Positions 52,813 to 64,000 of a stretch of DNA of 64,000 bases are shown one piece after another (position 1 is the stretch's first letter; each line of letters begins with the position of its first letter). The stretch covers positions 151,590,001 to 151,654,000 of the forward strand of contig NC_082709.1 of assembly GCF_030144855.1 (NCBI RefSeq), read 5' to 3'. The stretch comes from Hypanus sabinus. Taxonomy: Eukaryota. Both the position numbers and the translations under genes were made by a program. The notes under the pieces were generated by a model. That model worked only from the letters and a program-made list of their open reading frames with translations, searched no databases and was not told where the DNA came from.

Positions 52813-53519
52813 TATTGGATTATTGATATAGAAGAAAGCCATTTGCCACTGACTCCATACTGGCTGTTGGAGCAATCCCATTCGTTCTCTTTTTCTTACT
52901 TATTTCCCAAATATCTATTCTGGATGTGCCCACTAACATTGAGCCAGTTCTCCCAACAGATACAAAAACTAGGTGGAATTGACAGCAGCCAGTTAAGCTA
53001 AGAACCTGTGTAGCCACAGGAAAATGTGCAAACTCTGCACAGACAGCAGCAAAAATCTGTACTGAATTGTTGCTGGTGCTTAGAAACAGCTGCTTTACTA
53101 GCTGTACCACTCTGCCATCTATACATATAAGAGTATAGAAGACTGGGAAATGATCCTTTTGAAGCTTCTGAAGGGTATGGTGTAGATGCTGATAAGCTAT
53201 TGCCTCAAGTGTTGTTGCCTGGCTGTAGGTGGCATTGTTTTAGAGAAGGGAGCCATACACTTTAGAAAGAGATGATGAAGGCTTTCATATGACGATCGTG
53301 AATCTTTAGAGCTCTTTACCCCATATATTCAAAATGGTGAAGTTATGCTGGAATGGAGATTTATGGGAAAGTGGTTTTTGATGCCAAGATTGGATCAGCT
53401 TTGATCTCATTGGGGATTAGCTGAGCATGACTGAAGAGTCAAATGGCCTGCTCCAGCTTCAGGTTTACATATTTCGAGAAAGATAATTTCATCCTTTAGT
53501 TCCATTGATATAGAAGAGA

Positions 53520-55500
53520 AAAACAATAACAGGTGTTGTAGTTACAGAGAAATGGCAGTGCACACAGGCAGTATGGTGCAAGGGCATAATGAGTTATATT
53601 GTGAGATCGAGTCCGTCTTATCACATTCTTTGATTATGTTGGCTGCTGTACCTCACACAGAGTTCATGGAAGAGAGGCTGGTTTCTGTGATGTGCTTAAC
53701 TGTGTCCACAACTCTCTGCATTTCCTTGCAGTCTTGGGTATATCAGTTGACATAACAAGCTGTGATGTATGTTTTCTGTGGTGTATTGATAAAAATTGTT
53801 GAGTATCAAAGGGGACATGCCAAATTTCTTTAGCCTCTTGAGCAAGAAGAGGCACAGGTGTGGTTTCTTGGCCAGGGTATCTGTGTGTTTAAACCAGGAT
53901 AGGCATTGTTGATGTTCATTCCTAGGAACTTCATATAAATAGGAGCATGTGCTCCCCCCACCCCTCCAAGCTGTTCCTGAAGTCATTGACCATTGCTAGT
54001 GCTTTTTGTTAACTTTGGTCGTGGTTGTGAAATCATGTTGCTAGATTATCTCTATTTCCTATATTCTGGCTTACTGTTACTTCAGATGCTCATAAGAGAA
54101 TTGAGAATGGTGCTTAAAGTGCAATTACTAAGAAAGCATGATAGCACCTCTATTTCCTTAGAAGTTTACGAAGAATCATTATGACAGGTAATGCTTTGAC
54201 AAACTTCTATAATGTGTAGCAACAGATACAAAATGCTGGTAGAACTCGGCTGGTCAGGCAGCATCTATGAAACTGAATAAATGGTTGATATTTTGGGACA
54301 AGACCCTTAAGGAGCAGAAAAGATGGTGGGGCGGGGGAGCGGGTGGGGGAAGAAGGTGATAGATGAAGCCAGGTGGATTGAAAGGTAAAAGGATAGTGAG
54401 CAAGGAATCTGCTAGGAGACTATAGATGTATGGTGTAGCATTTATTGACTAGTTGCATCATGGCCTGCAGTGGAAACACCAAAGCCTTAGAATGGACAAT
54501 CCTACAAAAAAGTATGGATACAGCCCCTTCACTGAACTGTTCCCACTACATATGAACTCGCTTTTAAGACCTCATGTCATGTTCTCTATATTTTGCGTGA
54601 TTAGGCCCAAGCTAGACATGTGGTTTAAGTCTGTTAAAATGTACAATATTGCACTCTGGTACAAACAATTCTTCCTACCTATGTGTCTGACCCAACCTGC
54701 CATTCAGATCATTACTTTTACTGTACCCTGGAACCTGTGTTTTCGTTAATTTTAAGCCCAAATGCAGTTTCAAGGACTCTTTATCTCACGTTCTCAATAT
54801 TTATTACTACTTTTTTTGTTTTTTTGTTATTACACAATTGTCATTGGTTGTTTGAGCTGTTGGGTGTGGTCTTTCATTGATCACATAAGGATTCTTGGAT
54901 TTACCCTGCCCACAAGAAACGTATCTCGAGAATGTATATGTGAATGTGTATGTGTATGTTATCTATAATAAAGTTACTTTGAACTTTTGAGATCTGGCCC
55001 ACTTCAGTGGTGTTATCTGCAAACTTAGACATGATGTTAGTGTAGAATCTGCCAGAGTACTTAAGGAGTAAGTAGGGAGCAGACTTGTGGGCACCAACAT
55101 TGAGCACAATTATGGCAGAGGTGTTGCTGTCTATTCTCATTATTGCAATCTGTTGGTCAGGAAGTCAAGGATCCAGTTGCAAAAAGATGTGTTGAGTTCC
55201 AAGGCTAGAAATTTAGAGATGAATTGGCAAGGAATAATAATGTTAAAGGTGGAGCTGCAGTCAATAAATGATAGTTTAAAATATGTGACTTCACTGTCCA
55301 GTTGCTCCAGAGCTGAGTGTGTGGTATTTTCTGTGGGCCTGTTTTTGTAGGAGCATTGCTGCGGATCAAGGTTGGCTGAGAGGCTGGAGTTAATGCATGC
55401 TATGGCCACCCTCTCGAAGCACTTCCTGATGTGGATGTCGGAGCCACTGGGGCATTGACATTAAAGCACATTACCTTAAGGATGATAGTGGTCTTAATGC
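53520..55500. mobile_element. Mosaic of Rex1 fragments (mostly - strand) and a Penelope terminal fragment (about 54215-54420)
   Basis: KKPHLCLFLLKRLKKFGMSP; [44 protein letters not shown]. Confidence 0.75.
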
Positions 55501-55519
55501 AGTTAGGAACTTCAGATTA

Positions 55520-57055
55520 AACCTGTACCAGAAAACCAGGTATGATTTGGAGAGGGTTAGTTCAAGGACAAAGAAACAATTTTGAACAAGATTGGAGGTG
55601 ACGTCAGATGCACAGCAACTCTGGCAGAATCTGCAGGACATTACTTACTTCAAAGTGAAACCCAATAGCATTAATGGTAGTGATACTTCACTCACTGCCT
55701 TCTATGTATGCTTTGAAAGGGAGAACAAAACTACAGCTGTGAAGATCCCTGCTGCACCTGATGACCCTGTGATCTCCATCTCAGAGGCTGATGTTAGGCT
55801 CTCTTTAAAGAGAGAGAACCCTCTCAAGGCAGACGGTCCTGATGGAATACCTGGTAAGGCTTTGAAATTCTGTGCCAACCAACTAGGGGAGTATTCAAGG
55901 ACATTTTCAACCTCTCACTGCTATGGGCGGAAATTCCTTCTTGCTTCAACAAGGCAAAGATTATACCAGTGTCTAAGAAAAATAATGTAAGCTGCCTTAA
56001 TGACTATTGCCTGGTAACACTCACATCAACAGTGATGAAATGCTTTGAGAGGTTTGTCATGACTAGACTGAACTCCTGCCTCAGCAAGGACCTGGACCCA
56101 TTGCAGTTTGCCTATCGCCACAATAGGTCGATGGCAGACAGAATCTCAGTGGCTCGCCACACGGCTTTAGACCACCTAGACAACGCAAACACCTATGTCA
56201 AGATGCTGTTCATTGACTATAGGTCAGCATTTAATACCATCATTCCCACAATCCTGATTGAGAAGTTGTAGAACCTGGGCCTCTGTACCTCCCTCTGCAA
56301 TTGGATCCTTGACTTCCTAATCGGAAGACCACAATCTGTGCGGATTGGTGATAACATGTCCTCCTCACTGACGATCAACACTGGGGCATCTCAAGTGTGT
56401 GTGTGCTTAGCCCTCTTCTTTACTGTCTATACCCATGACTGTGTGGCTAGACATGGCTCAAGTACCATCTGTAAATTTATTGATGATACAGCTATTGTTG
56501 GTAGAATCTCAGATGGAGACAAGAAGGCGTACATGAACGAGATACGCAAACTAGTGGAGTGGTGTTGCAGCAACAGCATCACACTCAACATCAGTAAAAC
56601 GAAAGAGCTGATTATGGACTTCAGGAAGGGCAAGACGAAGGAACATATACCAATCCTCCTAGAGAGATCAGAAGTGGAGAGAGTGAGCAGTTTAAAGTTC
56701 CTGACTGTCAAGATCTCTGAGGACCTAACCTGGTCCCAGCATATCAATGCAACTATATAGAAGGCAAGACAGTGACTATACTTCATTGGGAGTTTGAAGA
56801 GATTTGGTATGTGAACAAAAACATTCAAAAATTTGTATAGATGTACTGTGCAGAGCATTCAAACAGGCTGCATCACTGGTATATAGAGGGCTACCTCACA
56901 TGACTGAAAGAAACTGTAAAGGGTCTTAAATTTTAATCTATTCAGTATACATATGCTGTTATTATTTTTCTTCTATATTATGTTTTGCATTGAACTGCTA
57001 TTGCTAAGTTAACAAAATTTCATGAAACATGCTGGTGGTAATAAATCTAATTCTG
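55520..57055 (+). mobile_element. Rex1/Babar LINE RT region
   Basis: [65 protein letters not shown]. Confidence 0.9.
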
Positions 57056-57059
57056 TATC

Positions 57060-57440
57060 AAGATGTTTTACTGTCACCTGAAGCTGAGTAATAGTTGGAT
57101 AATGCAAAAAGGCATTGATCCAAAAGACAAGAGTAAATCAACAACAGAATGGTTTAAAAAGAAGAAAGTTTGTATTTTGGAATGGCAGAGTCAAAGTCCT
57201 GTCCTTAATCCTATGGAAATGTTGTGGAAGGACCTGAAGCAAACAGTTCATGCAAGGAAGCCCACCAACATCTCAGTTAAAGCAATTTTGTAAGGAGGAA
57301 TGAATAACCTAAAACTCTCTCAAGCCTATGTGTAGGACTGACCAGAAATGTTTGTTTGAAGTTATTGCTGTATGGAGGGGGGGGGTGGGGGGTTCACACC
57401 AGTTAGTGAAAACAAAGGTTCACATATTTTTTCCAACAAA
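57060..57440 (+). mobile_element. Tc1 transposase C-terminal fragment
   Basis: WIMQKGIDPKDKSKSTTEWFKKKKVCILEWQSQSPVLNPMEMLW, corresponding to QQDNDPKH..W..SPDLNPIENLW. Confidence 0.85.
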
Positions 57441-58408
57441 TTGGATCTTTAAATAGTAATTGTGCCTATTATAGCATGACACATTTCTGTATTTGCAACA
57501 GTAGGCAAATATATTACCAGTCATAATATCATGATGCTTAGATTTTTAAGAGATAATAGGTTTAATTAAGAAGTAAAATACGTGAAATTGTTCGATAATT
57601 GTTGATCTCATGAGTTATATGAAGGGAACGCATGAAGTGTTGAGAGGAAAGCCATCTCCCAAGTTTGTCAAATTAAGTTGTTAAAATAGGGAAATCTTGT
57701 AGTTTTTGATCCTCCTATACCCCAGTAGGATGTGCAGACAGTGCTTCAGCAAACCTTTTATTTATGTTGATATTTGTTAGTTTTGGAGCATTGCATCTGA
57801 TGACTTGATTTCATAAAGCTTAGTCTCTCTTATGGAGCTGCAGAGAATTGACTGGTCTTAGTGAACTTAGTGGTTGAGCTTTGAAATTTAACTAGAAGAA
57901 CTTGGATTTTGTTACTCGAATAATGAAGTATTTGGTTGCAATGAAAAAGAAAAGGAAGTAAAAGGGAGGGTGGGAAAGAAATTAGTGTCTGTTATGAAGG
58001 TGAATCTCTGGACTGGTTGAACTTTATCAATTCTTTTTAGTACATGTTGGGAATTGCCTCATTGATCTGGATCAATGGAAAGAAAATAATTAGGAGTATT
58101 AACCTGATAGAAATGCTTGTAATATATTTTAGTTGAGAACAGATTTTAGTATAGCTATAGTGGATGTTTGAGAAAGTTATGTACGCATAGAATTTAAAGA
58201 ATTCATTCATTTAAAGAATGCAAATATCCACTGTTACCTGGATGTAGCCTTAGATTCTCCTTGCCATATTGGTCATAGATCAGGGTTTAAGCTAGAAGTC
58301 TTCCTTGGTTACATTCATTATTTTAACAGTTGGGGATGTGTACAGGTGCCTGGAGTTCCATGTTAAAATTAGCCAGAGAATCTTGAAGTATTCACTTATT
58401 CCATAGGG

Positions 58409-60351
58409 CAGGGGTGTCAAACTCAAATACACAGTGGGCCAAAATTTAAAAATCGGTACAAGTCGAGGGCCAGACTGGTTCAGCGTTTATTGCAAAACTT
58501 ATTGAAATGAATTTATTACACATATTAACCTGGAACTAACAAAGCTTAGGTTATTGCCTACAAAAACAACATTGAACATTAAATAAATAAAAAATCAGTT
58601 GCATTTATTTCTTATGGCTTTATCTGCAGCTTTTCCGGAGTAATTTCTAATGAAAACTTTTTTCCACAGGCCAACACTCTGTGATTCACACTTGTCTAAG
58701 CCAGATACTTGGCATCTCATCTTGGATGCAAGTTCATCAATGTTTGGAATCAGGCTCTGAGCTGAGGAAATCCTCAGAATTGAGTGAAGGTGTTCATCAG
58801 AAAGAAGACTCCTGTGTGATGTTTTGTTTATCTTCATCAAAGAGAACAGTTGTTCACACAGATATGTGCTGCCAAACATAGAGAGCATTTGAGCAGCTTG
58901 GGTACGCAGCTGGGGCATTGTGTGGGGAATGAAACGTAGAAACTGCAGCGCCCACCGAGTCATACTTTGCCTTGAGTGTGTCACTACATTGGAGTTCAAT
59001 CAGCTCCATTTGTATGTTGGTTGGTGCGCTTTCCACGTCAGCTGCAAATGGATTACTGAGCAGTTCAAACCTGCTTTTTTTGGGCTTCAAAGTCGGCAAA
59101 TCACCGTGTGAAGTCGGCACCAAGTATGCTACGTTTTTCAGCAAACTTTGCACATGGGAACACTGCGGTAGAAACCTGCTCTTTCATAGTTTGGCAACAC
59201 GGAAAATGGCTCAAGTTTTCTTGCTGCATCTGCTTCTCCCACAGGCGCAGCTTGGTTTTAAAAGCCCTCACTGCAGCGTACATGTCTGTGATCACACGAC
59301 CCCGCCCCTGAAGCTGCAGGTTGAGCGCATTGAGATGGCTTGTGATGTCACACAGAAACGCCATTTCACAAAGCAACTTTTTATCCCGGAGCTCTGTTGT
59401 GTTTTTCCCTTTGCTTTCCATGAACTGACAGATCTCCTCACACAACTCGAAACATCTTTTCAGCACTTTTCCTTGGCTTACCCATCGCACCTCTGTGTGA
59501 TAGGGCAAATCATTATATTCCTGAACCCAACTCCTCCAGAAACGACTTGAACTCGCGGTGATTTAAACCTTTGGCTCTTATGAAGTTAACTGCTCGTGTT
59601 ATGGTGCTCATTATATGTTCCATTTTCAAGGCTTTGCCACACAACGATTCCTGGTGTATGATGCAGTGATAAGCTGTCAGCTCACCTGCGCCGTTTTCCT
59701 CCCGCATCTTCTCCCGGATCCTGCCCACCAATCCACTCTTTTGACCGCACATCGCGGGCTTCTGTTTCTTGTCCAGATGCTTGTATTTGTCGTGGTGTTT
59801 CGTTTCATAGTGTCATCTTACGTTATATTCTTTAATTACAGCCACACTGTCTCCGCACACAAGACAAACAGGTTTGCCCTTTATATCTGTGAACATATAC
59901 TCTGCCTCCCACCTGCCTTGAAAACCCCTGTTTTCAAAGTCCACCTTTCGTTCAGCCATTTTTGGGGTGAGGGATAGCTGAAAGTTGACCACACGTGACT
60001 AGCGCCATAAGGATGCTGATGAGAGAGTAAGGCAAGCGTGAGCAATGCACTGGCAGTGCATTGTGGGATTTGTAGTATTAGTGGTGCATGCAATATACCG
60101 GCGGGCCAGCTCTAATAGAAAAAAAATTTATTCATTAATGATATTCAGGAAATAAACCAGGGAAACCGAATAAACACTAAAAACCCTGAAAACCTGGTAC
60201 CTGAATAAACTCAGCATTAGCCATATCATATGCCATAGGCGCTTCGATTACTGGGGCCAGCTTTAATAGTAATTAGATATTATCTCGCGGGCCAAAGATA
60301 ACTCCACCGCAGGCCGGATTTGGCCCGTGGGCCTTGAGTTTGACATATATG
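58409..60351 (-). mobile_element. hAT-Charlie (GTF2IRD2/SPIN-related) DNA transposon, internally deleted, 8-bp TSD
   Basis: Perfect TSD ccataggg (58401-58408 and 60352-60359); TIRs caggggtgtcaaactca / tgagtttgacatatatg. Transposase from ATG 59959: MAERKVDFENRGFQGRWEAEYMF..PVCLVC, HCIIHQESLC, YHTEVRWVS, SMFGSTYLCEQLFSLMK. Confidence 0.93.
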
Positions 60352-60629
60352 CCATAGGGAGATTCACTGAGACACCAGACTAACTTGACTGTAATTAGGG
60401 AGTGTGTTTTGCTGTCAGAAATAGTGTTCCTTTTGTTTGCACTTCCAAACAAATTTCTTAGAACTGGAAATCATCTGCCCATTCTGTCTCATTTAGACTG
60501 GCAATGTCAGTGTAAGAGAGTCTGAGTTCCATGGTCATTGTCTGAATAGGTTCAGTTTTATTCAGTTCATTGTCAGTACACAAGTACATATATGCACAAG
60601 TGCAATGAAAAACTTACTTGCAGCAGCTA

Positions 60630-63600
60630 AGACTTGAGAGCAGTTAGGCCATTCAGCCCATTAAGTCTGCTCTGCTATTCAATCATGCCTGATTTATTAT
60701 TCCCTCAACCACATTCTTCTGCCTTCTCCCTGTGGCCTTTGACACCTTTACTAATAAGAAAATATCAACCTCTACTAAGTGAACTCAATGGCTTGGCCTC
60801 CACAACCGTCTATGGCAATGAATTCCACAAATTCATCATCCTCTGACTAAAGGAATTCATTATCAGTCCTAAAGGGATGTCCTTCTAATTTGTGTCTATG
60901 CCCTCTGGTCCTAGATTCTCCCACTACTGGGAACATTATCTCCATGGTCACTCCATTTGGCAGGTTTCAGTTAGAGTTCGCCCCATCCTCCTAACCAGGT
61001 CAAGAGCTATGAAATGCTCCTCATACGTTAACCCTTTGACCCTGGGATTTTTTTTTTGCAGGCTTCCCTTAGACCCTCTTCAAATCCAGCATATCCATCC
61101 CAGAACTGCTCACAGCATTCCAAGTGCAATCTGATGCCTTATTAAACTCAGCATTACATTCTTGCTTTTATATTCTAGTCCTCTTGAAATGAATGTTAGT
61201 ATTGCATTTACATTCCTTATGACTGACTCACCTGCAAGGTGACATTTATGGAATGCTGGGCTAGAAGATTCAAGTCCCTTAGGACCTCCAGTTTCTGAAT
61301 TCCCAACCCATTTAGAAAATATACACTTCACCATGCTGTTTTCTGTCTGCCACTTTTTTACCCATTCTCCCAAACTGTCCAAGTCCTGCAGACTCTCTGC
61401 TTCCTCAACACTACCTGCCCCCTTCACTTATCTTTGTACCAACCACAAAGCCATCAATTCCATCAACTAGATCATTAATATATAACATGAAAGTAGCGTC
61501 CCCATCACTGACCTCTGTATTAGCATGGAGTAAAGGGCATTACAGAGGCATGAGAGAGGAGCTGGCCAAAATTGATTGGAAAAAACACTCGCAGGAATGA
61601 TGGCAGAGCAGGAAAAGTCAGAGTTTCTGGAAGCAATTCAGAAGGTGCAAGATATATACATCCAAAAGAAGTAGTATTCTATAGGCCAGATGACACAACC
61701 GTGGCCATCAAGAGAAGTCAAAGCCAACATAGAAGTCAGAGAGGACATATAATAAAAATTAATGGAAAGTTAGATGAGTGGGACGTTTTCAAAAGCCAAC
61801 AGAAAAGAAGGCAACTTAAAAAATTCAAGATGGAATACAAAGGTAAGCTAGCCAATAATAGAGGATACAAAAAGTTTCTTCAAATACATAAAGTGTAAAA
61901 GAGAGGCAAGAGTAGATATTGGATCACTGTAAAATGATACTGGAGGACAAACTCAGTAGTGTCAGGGGACAGAAGTATGTGAAGTTGCCATTACTAGGGA
62001 GAGGGTTCTTAGGAAGCTCAAAGACCTGAAGTTAGATAAGTCACCTGGACAGGATGGTGTACACCCTAGGGATTTCGAAAGAGGTGGCTCAAGAGATTGT
62101 GGAGGAATTATTAATGATCTTTCAAGAATCAGTTGATTCTGGTATGGTTCTGGCAGAATGGAAAATTGTAAATGTCACTCCAATCTTGAAGAAGGGAGAG
62201 AGGCAGAAGAAAGGAAATTACAGGCCAGTTAGTCTGACATCACTGGTTGGGAAGATGTTGGAGTAAATTAAGGATGCGGTTTTGGAGTACTTGGAAGCAG
62301 CATGGTTTCCTTAAGGGAAGCTCTTACCTGGCAAATCTGTTGGAATTCTTTGAAGAAATTACAGACAGGATAGTCAAAGAAGAATTGGTGGATGTTGTTT
62401 TCTTGGATTTTCAGAATGCCTTGAACAATGTCCCACATGAGGTTGCTTAACAAGTTAAAAGCCCATGGTATTACAGGAGAGACGCTAACATGGATAAAAC
62501 AGTGGCTGATTGGCAGGGGACAAAGAGTAGGAATAAAGGGAGCCTTTTCTGATGGCTGCCGGTGACTAGTGGTCTTCCACAGGGTCTGTTAGAACCACTT
62601 CTTTTTACGTTATACATCAGTGACTTGGATCACAGAATTGATGGCTTTGTGGCAAAGATTATGGGTGATATGACAATGGGGGAGGGGCAGGTAATTTTGA
62701 GGAAGTAGAGAAGCTACAGAAGGACTTGGATTAGGAGAAGGGCCATAGTAGTGGTAGATGACATACCAAGCAAGGAAGTTTATGGTCATGCACTTTGGTA
62801 GAAGAAATAAGAAAGGGTTGACTATTTTCTAAATGGAGAGAAAATATAAAAAACTGAGATGCAAAAGGACTTGGGGATCCTCATGCAGGATTCCCTAAAG
62901 GTTAATTTGCAGGTTGAGTTGGTAGTGAGGAAGGCAAATGCAATGTTAGCATTCATTTTGAGAGGACTAGAATATAAAAATAAGGATTTAATGCTGATGC
63001 TTTATAAAGTAGCAATGAAGCTTCACTTGGAATTTTGTGAGCAGTTTTGGGCTCCTTATCTAAGAAAGGATGTGCTGACATTGGAGAGAGTTCCAGGGAT
63101 TCACAAAAATTATTCTGGTTTGAAAGGTTTGTCAAATGAAGAGCATTTGATGGTTCTGGGCCTTTAACTCACTGGAATTCAGAAGAATGACTGTAAACTT
63201 ATTGAAATCTATTGACTGTTGAAAGTCCTCTATAGTGGATGTGGAGGGGATGTTTCTTATAGTGGAGGAGTCTAAGATCAGAGGATACATAATCAGAATT
63301 GAGGGGCATCATTTTAGAATGGAGAAAAGGAGGAATTTCTTTACCAAAGAGTGGTGAGTCTGTGGAATTTGTTACCATTTGTGGTAACAAATTTGTGCAG
63401 GAGAAGTCATGACATTGGAGCTGAGGAAAATTAGACCAGCCGCAATGAAATGGCGGAGGAGTTGATGGGCCAAATGGCCCAATTCTGCTCCTATATTCCC
63501 TGGTCTTATGGCCTCTGGGTACCCACTAGTCATCAGTAGCCACCCAAAAAGGCAGTTTTTATACCCACTCTTTGCTCTCTGCCAGTCAACCAATCTTCTA

Positions 63601-63860
63601 TCTTTGCTGGTACCTTTTCTCCAATACTAATAGTTACCATCTTGTTCAGCTTCACAAGTGGCATCTTGTGAAAGGCCTTTTGAAAATTGAAGTAAACAAT
63701 ATCCACTGACTGCTTCGTCTATCCTTGTTACTTCCTCGAAGAATTCCAATAGATTTGTCAGGCAGATTGCCCCTTAAGGAAACAATGCTGACTTCAGCCT
63801 ATTTTATCATTTCCTAAAAAGAAGCCTCATCTTTAATAATGGACTCAACTCTTACTGATG
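60630..63860 (-). mobile_element. CR1 LINE (-) split by a younger CR1 (+)
   Basis: The antisense RT is continuous across the insertion: ...actgacctctg | ggtacccactagtca... Confidence 0.8.
61518..63511 (+). mobile_element. CR1 LINE (+), 5'-truncated, with TSD cctctg
   Basis: WKIVNVTPILKKGERQKKGNYRPVSLTSLVGKMLE, QHGFLKG..NLLEFFEE, HLEFCEQFWAPYLRKDV; cctctg at 61512-61517 and 63512-63517. Confidence 0.88.
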
Positions 63861-64000
63861 TGACTGACTTAAACTGAGCCACACGGAAGCTGTAACTGGG
63901 GATATAAAAGTCTTTATTCACATAGCAAACTTTCAGGAGAGGGTCAAAGGAATCCAAAAGAATCTCACTGTCCTGACGTTGTTTTATATTTCAACTAACT

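Noticed and set aside
52547-52831. ORFs spanning X residues
   Set aside because: Artefacts of the 135-N assembly gap.

Overview
Vertebrate genomic DNA, very probably a cartilaginous fish (ray or shark). This is inferred from the repeat content: HE1/V-SINE-like and Deu-domain SINEs, abundant CR1, Rex1/Babar and Penelope elements. The window holds the complete coding region of TMEM39A on the + strand: 8 coding exons from 5811 to 34750, all introns GT-AG, phases consistent, 1446 nt = 481 aa + stop. Its non-coding first exon and promoter are not visible and probably lie upstream of the window. A CpG island with a strong splice donor at about 50330-50687 looks like the promoter and first non-coding exon of a second, unidentified + strand gene. 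Most of the rest is decayed LINE, SINE and DNA-transposon sequence, often nested. The standout feature is a 3.9-kb Ty3/Gypsy LTR retrotransposon (40784-44728, - strand). It has near-identical LTRs, a tRNA-Pro primer binding site, a PPT, a PNMA-like gag and an intact GGGAAAC + pseudoknot -1 frameshift signal. Its protease and RT look catalytically dead, and its RNase H/integrase region is replaced by two intron-less fragments resembling a sarcomeric myosin heavy-chain rod (most like MYH16). This points to a non-autonomous LTR element that has transduced host myosin mRNA. All protein and family assignments come from remembered family motifs, not database searches. Boundaries of old repeats are approximate.
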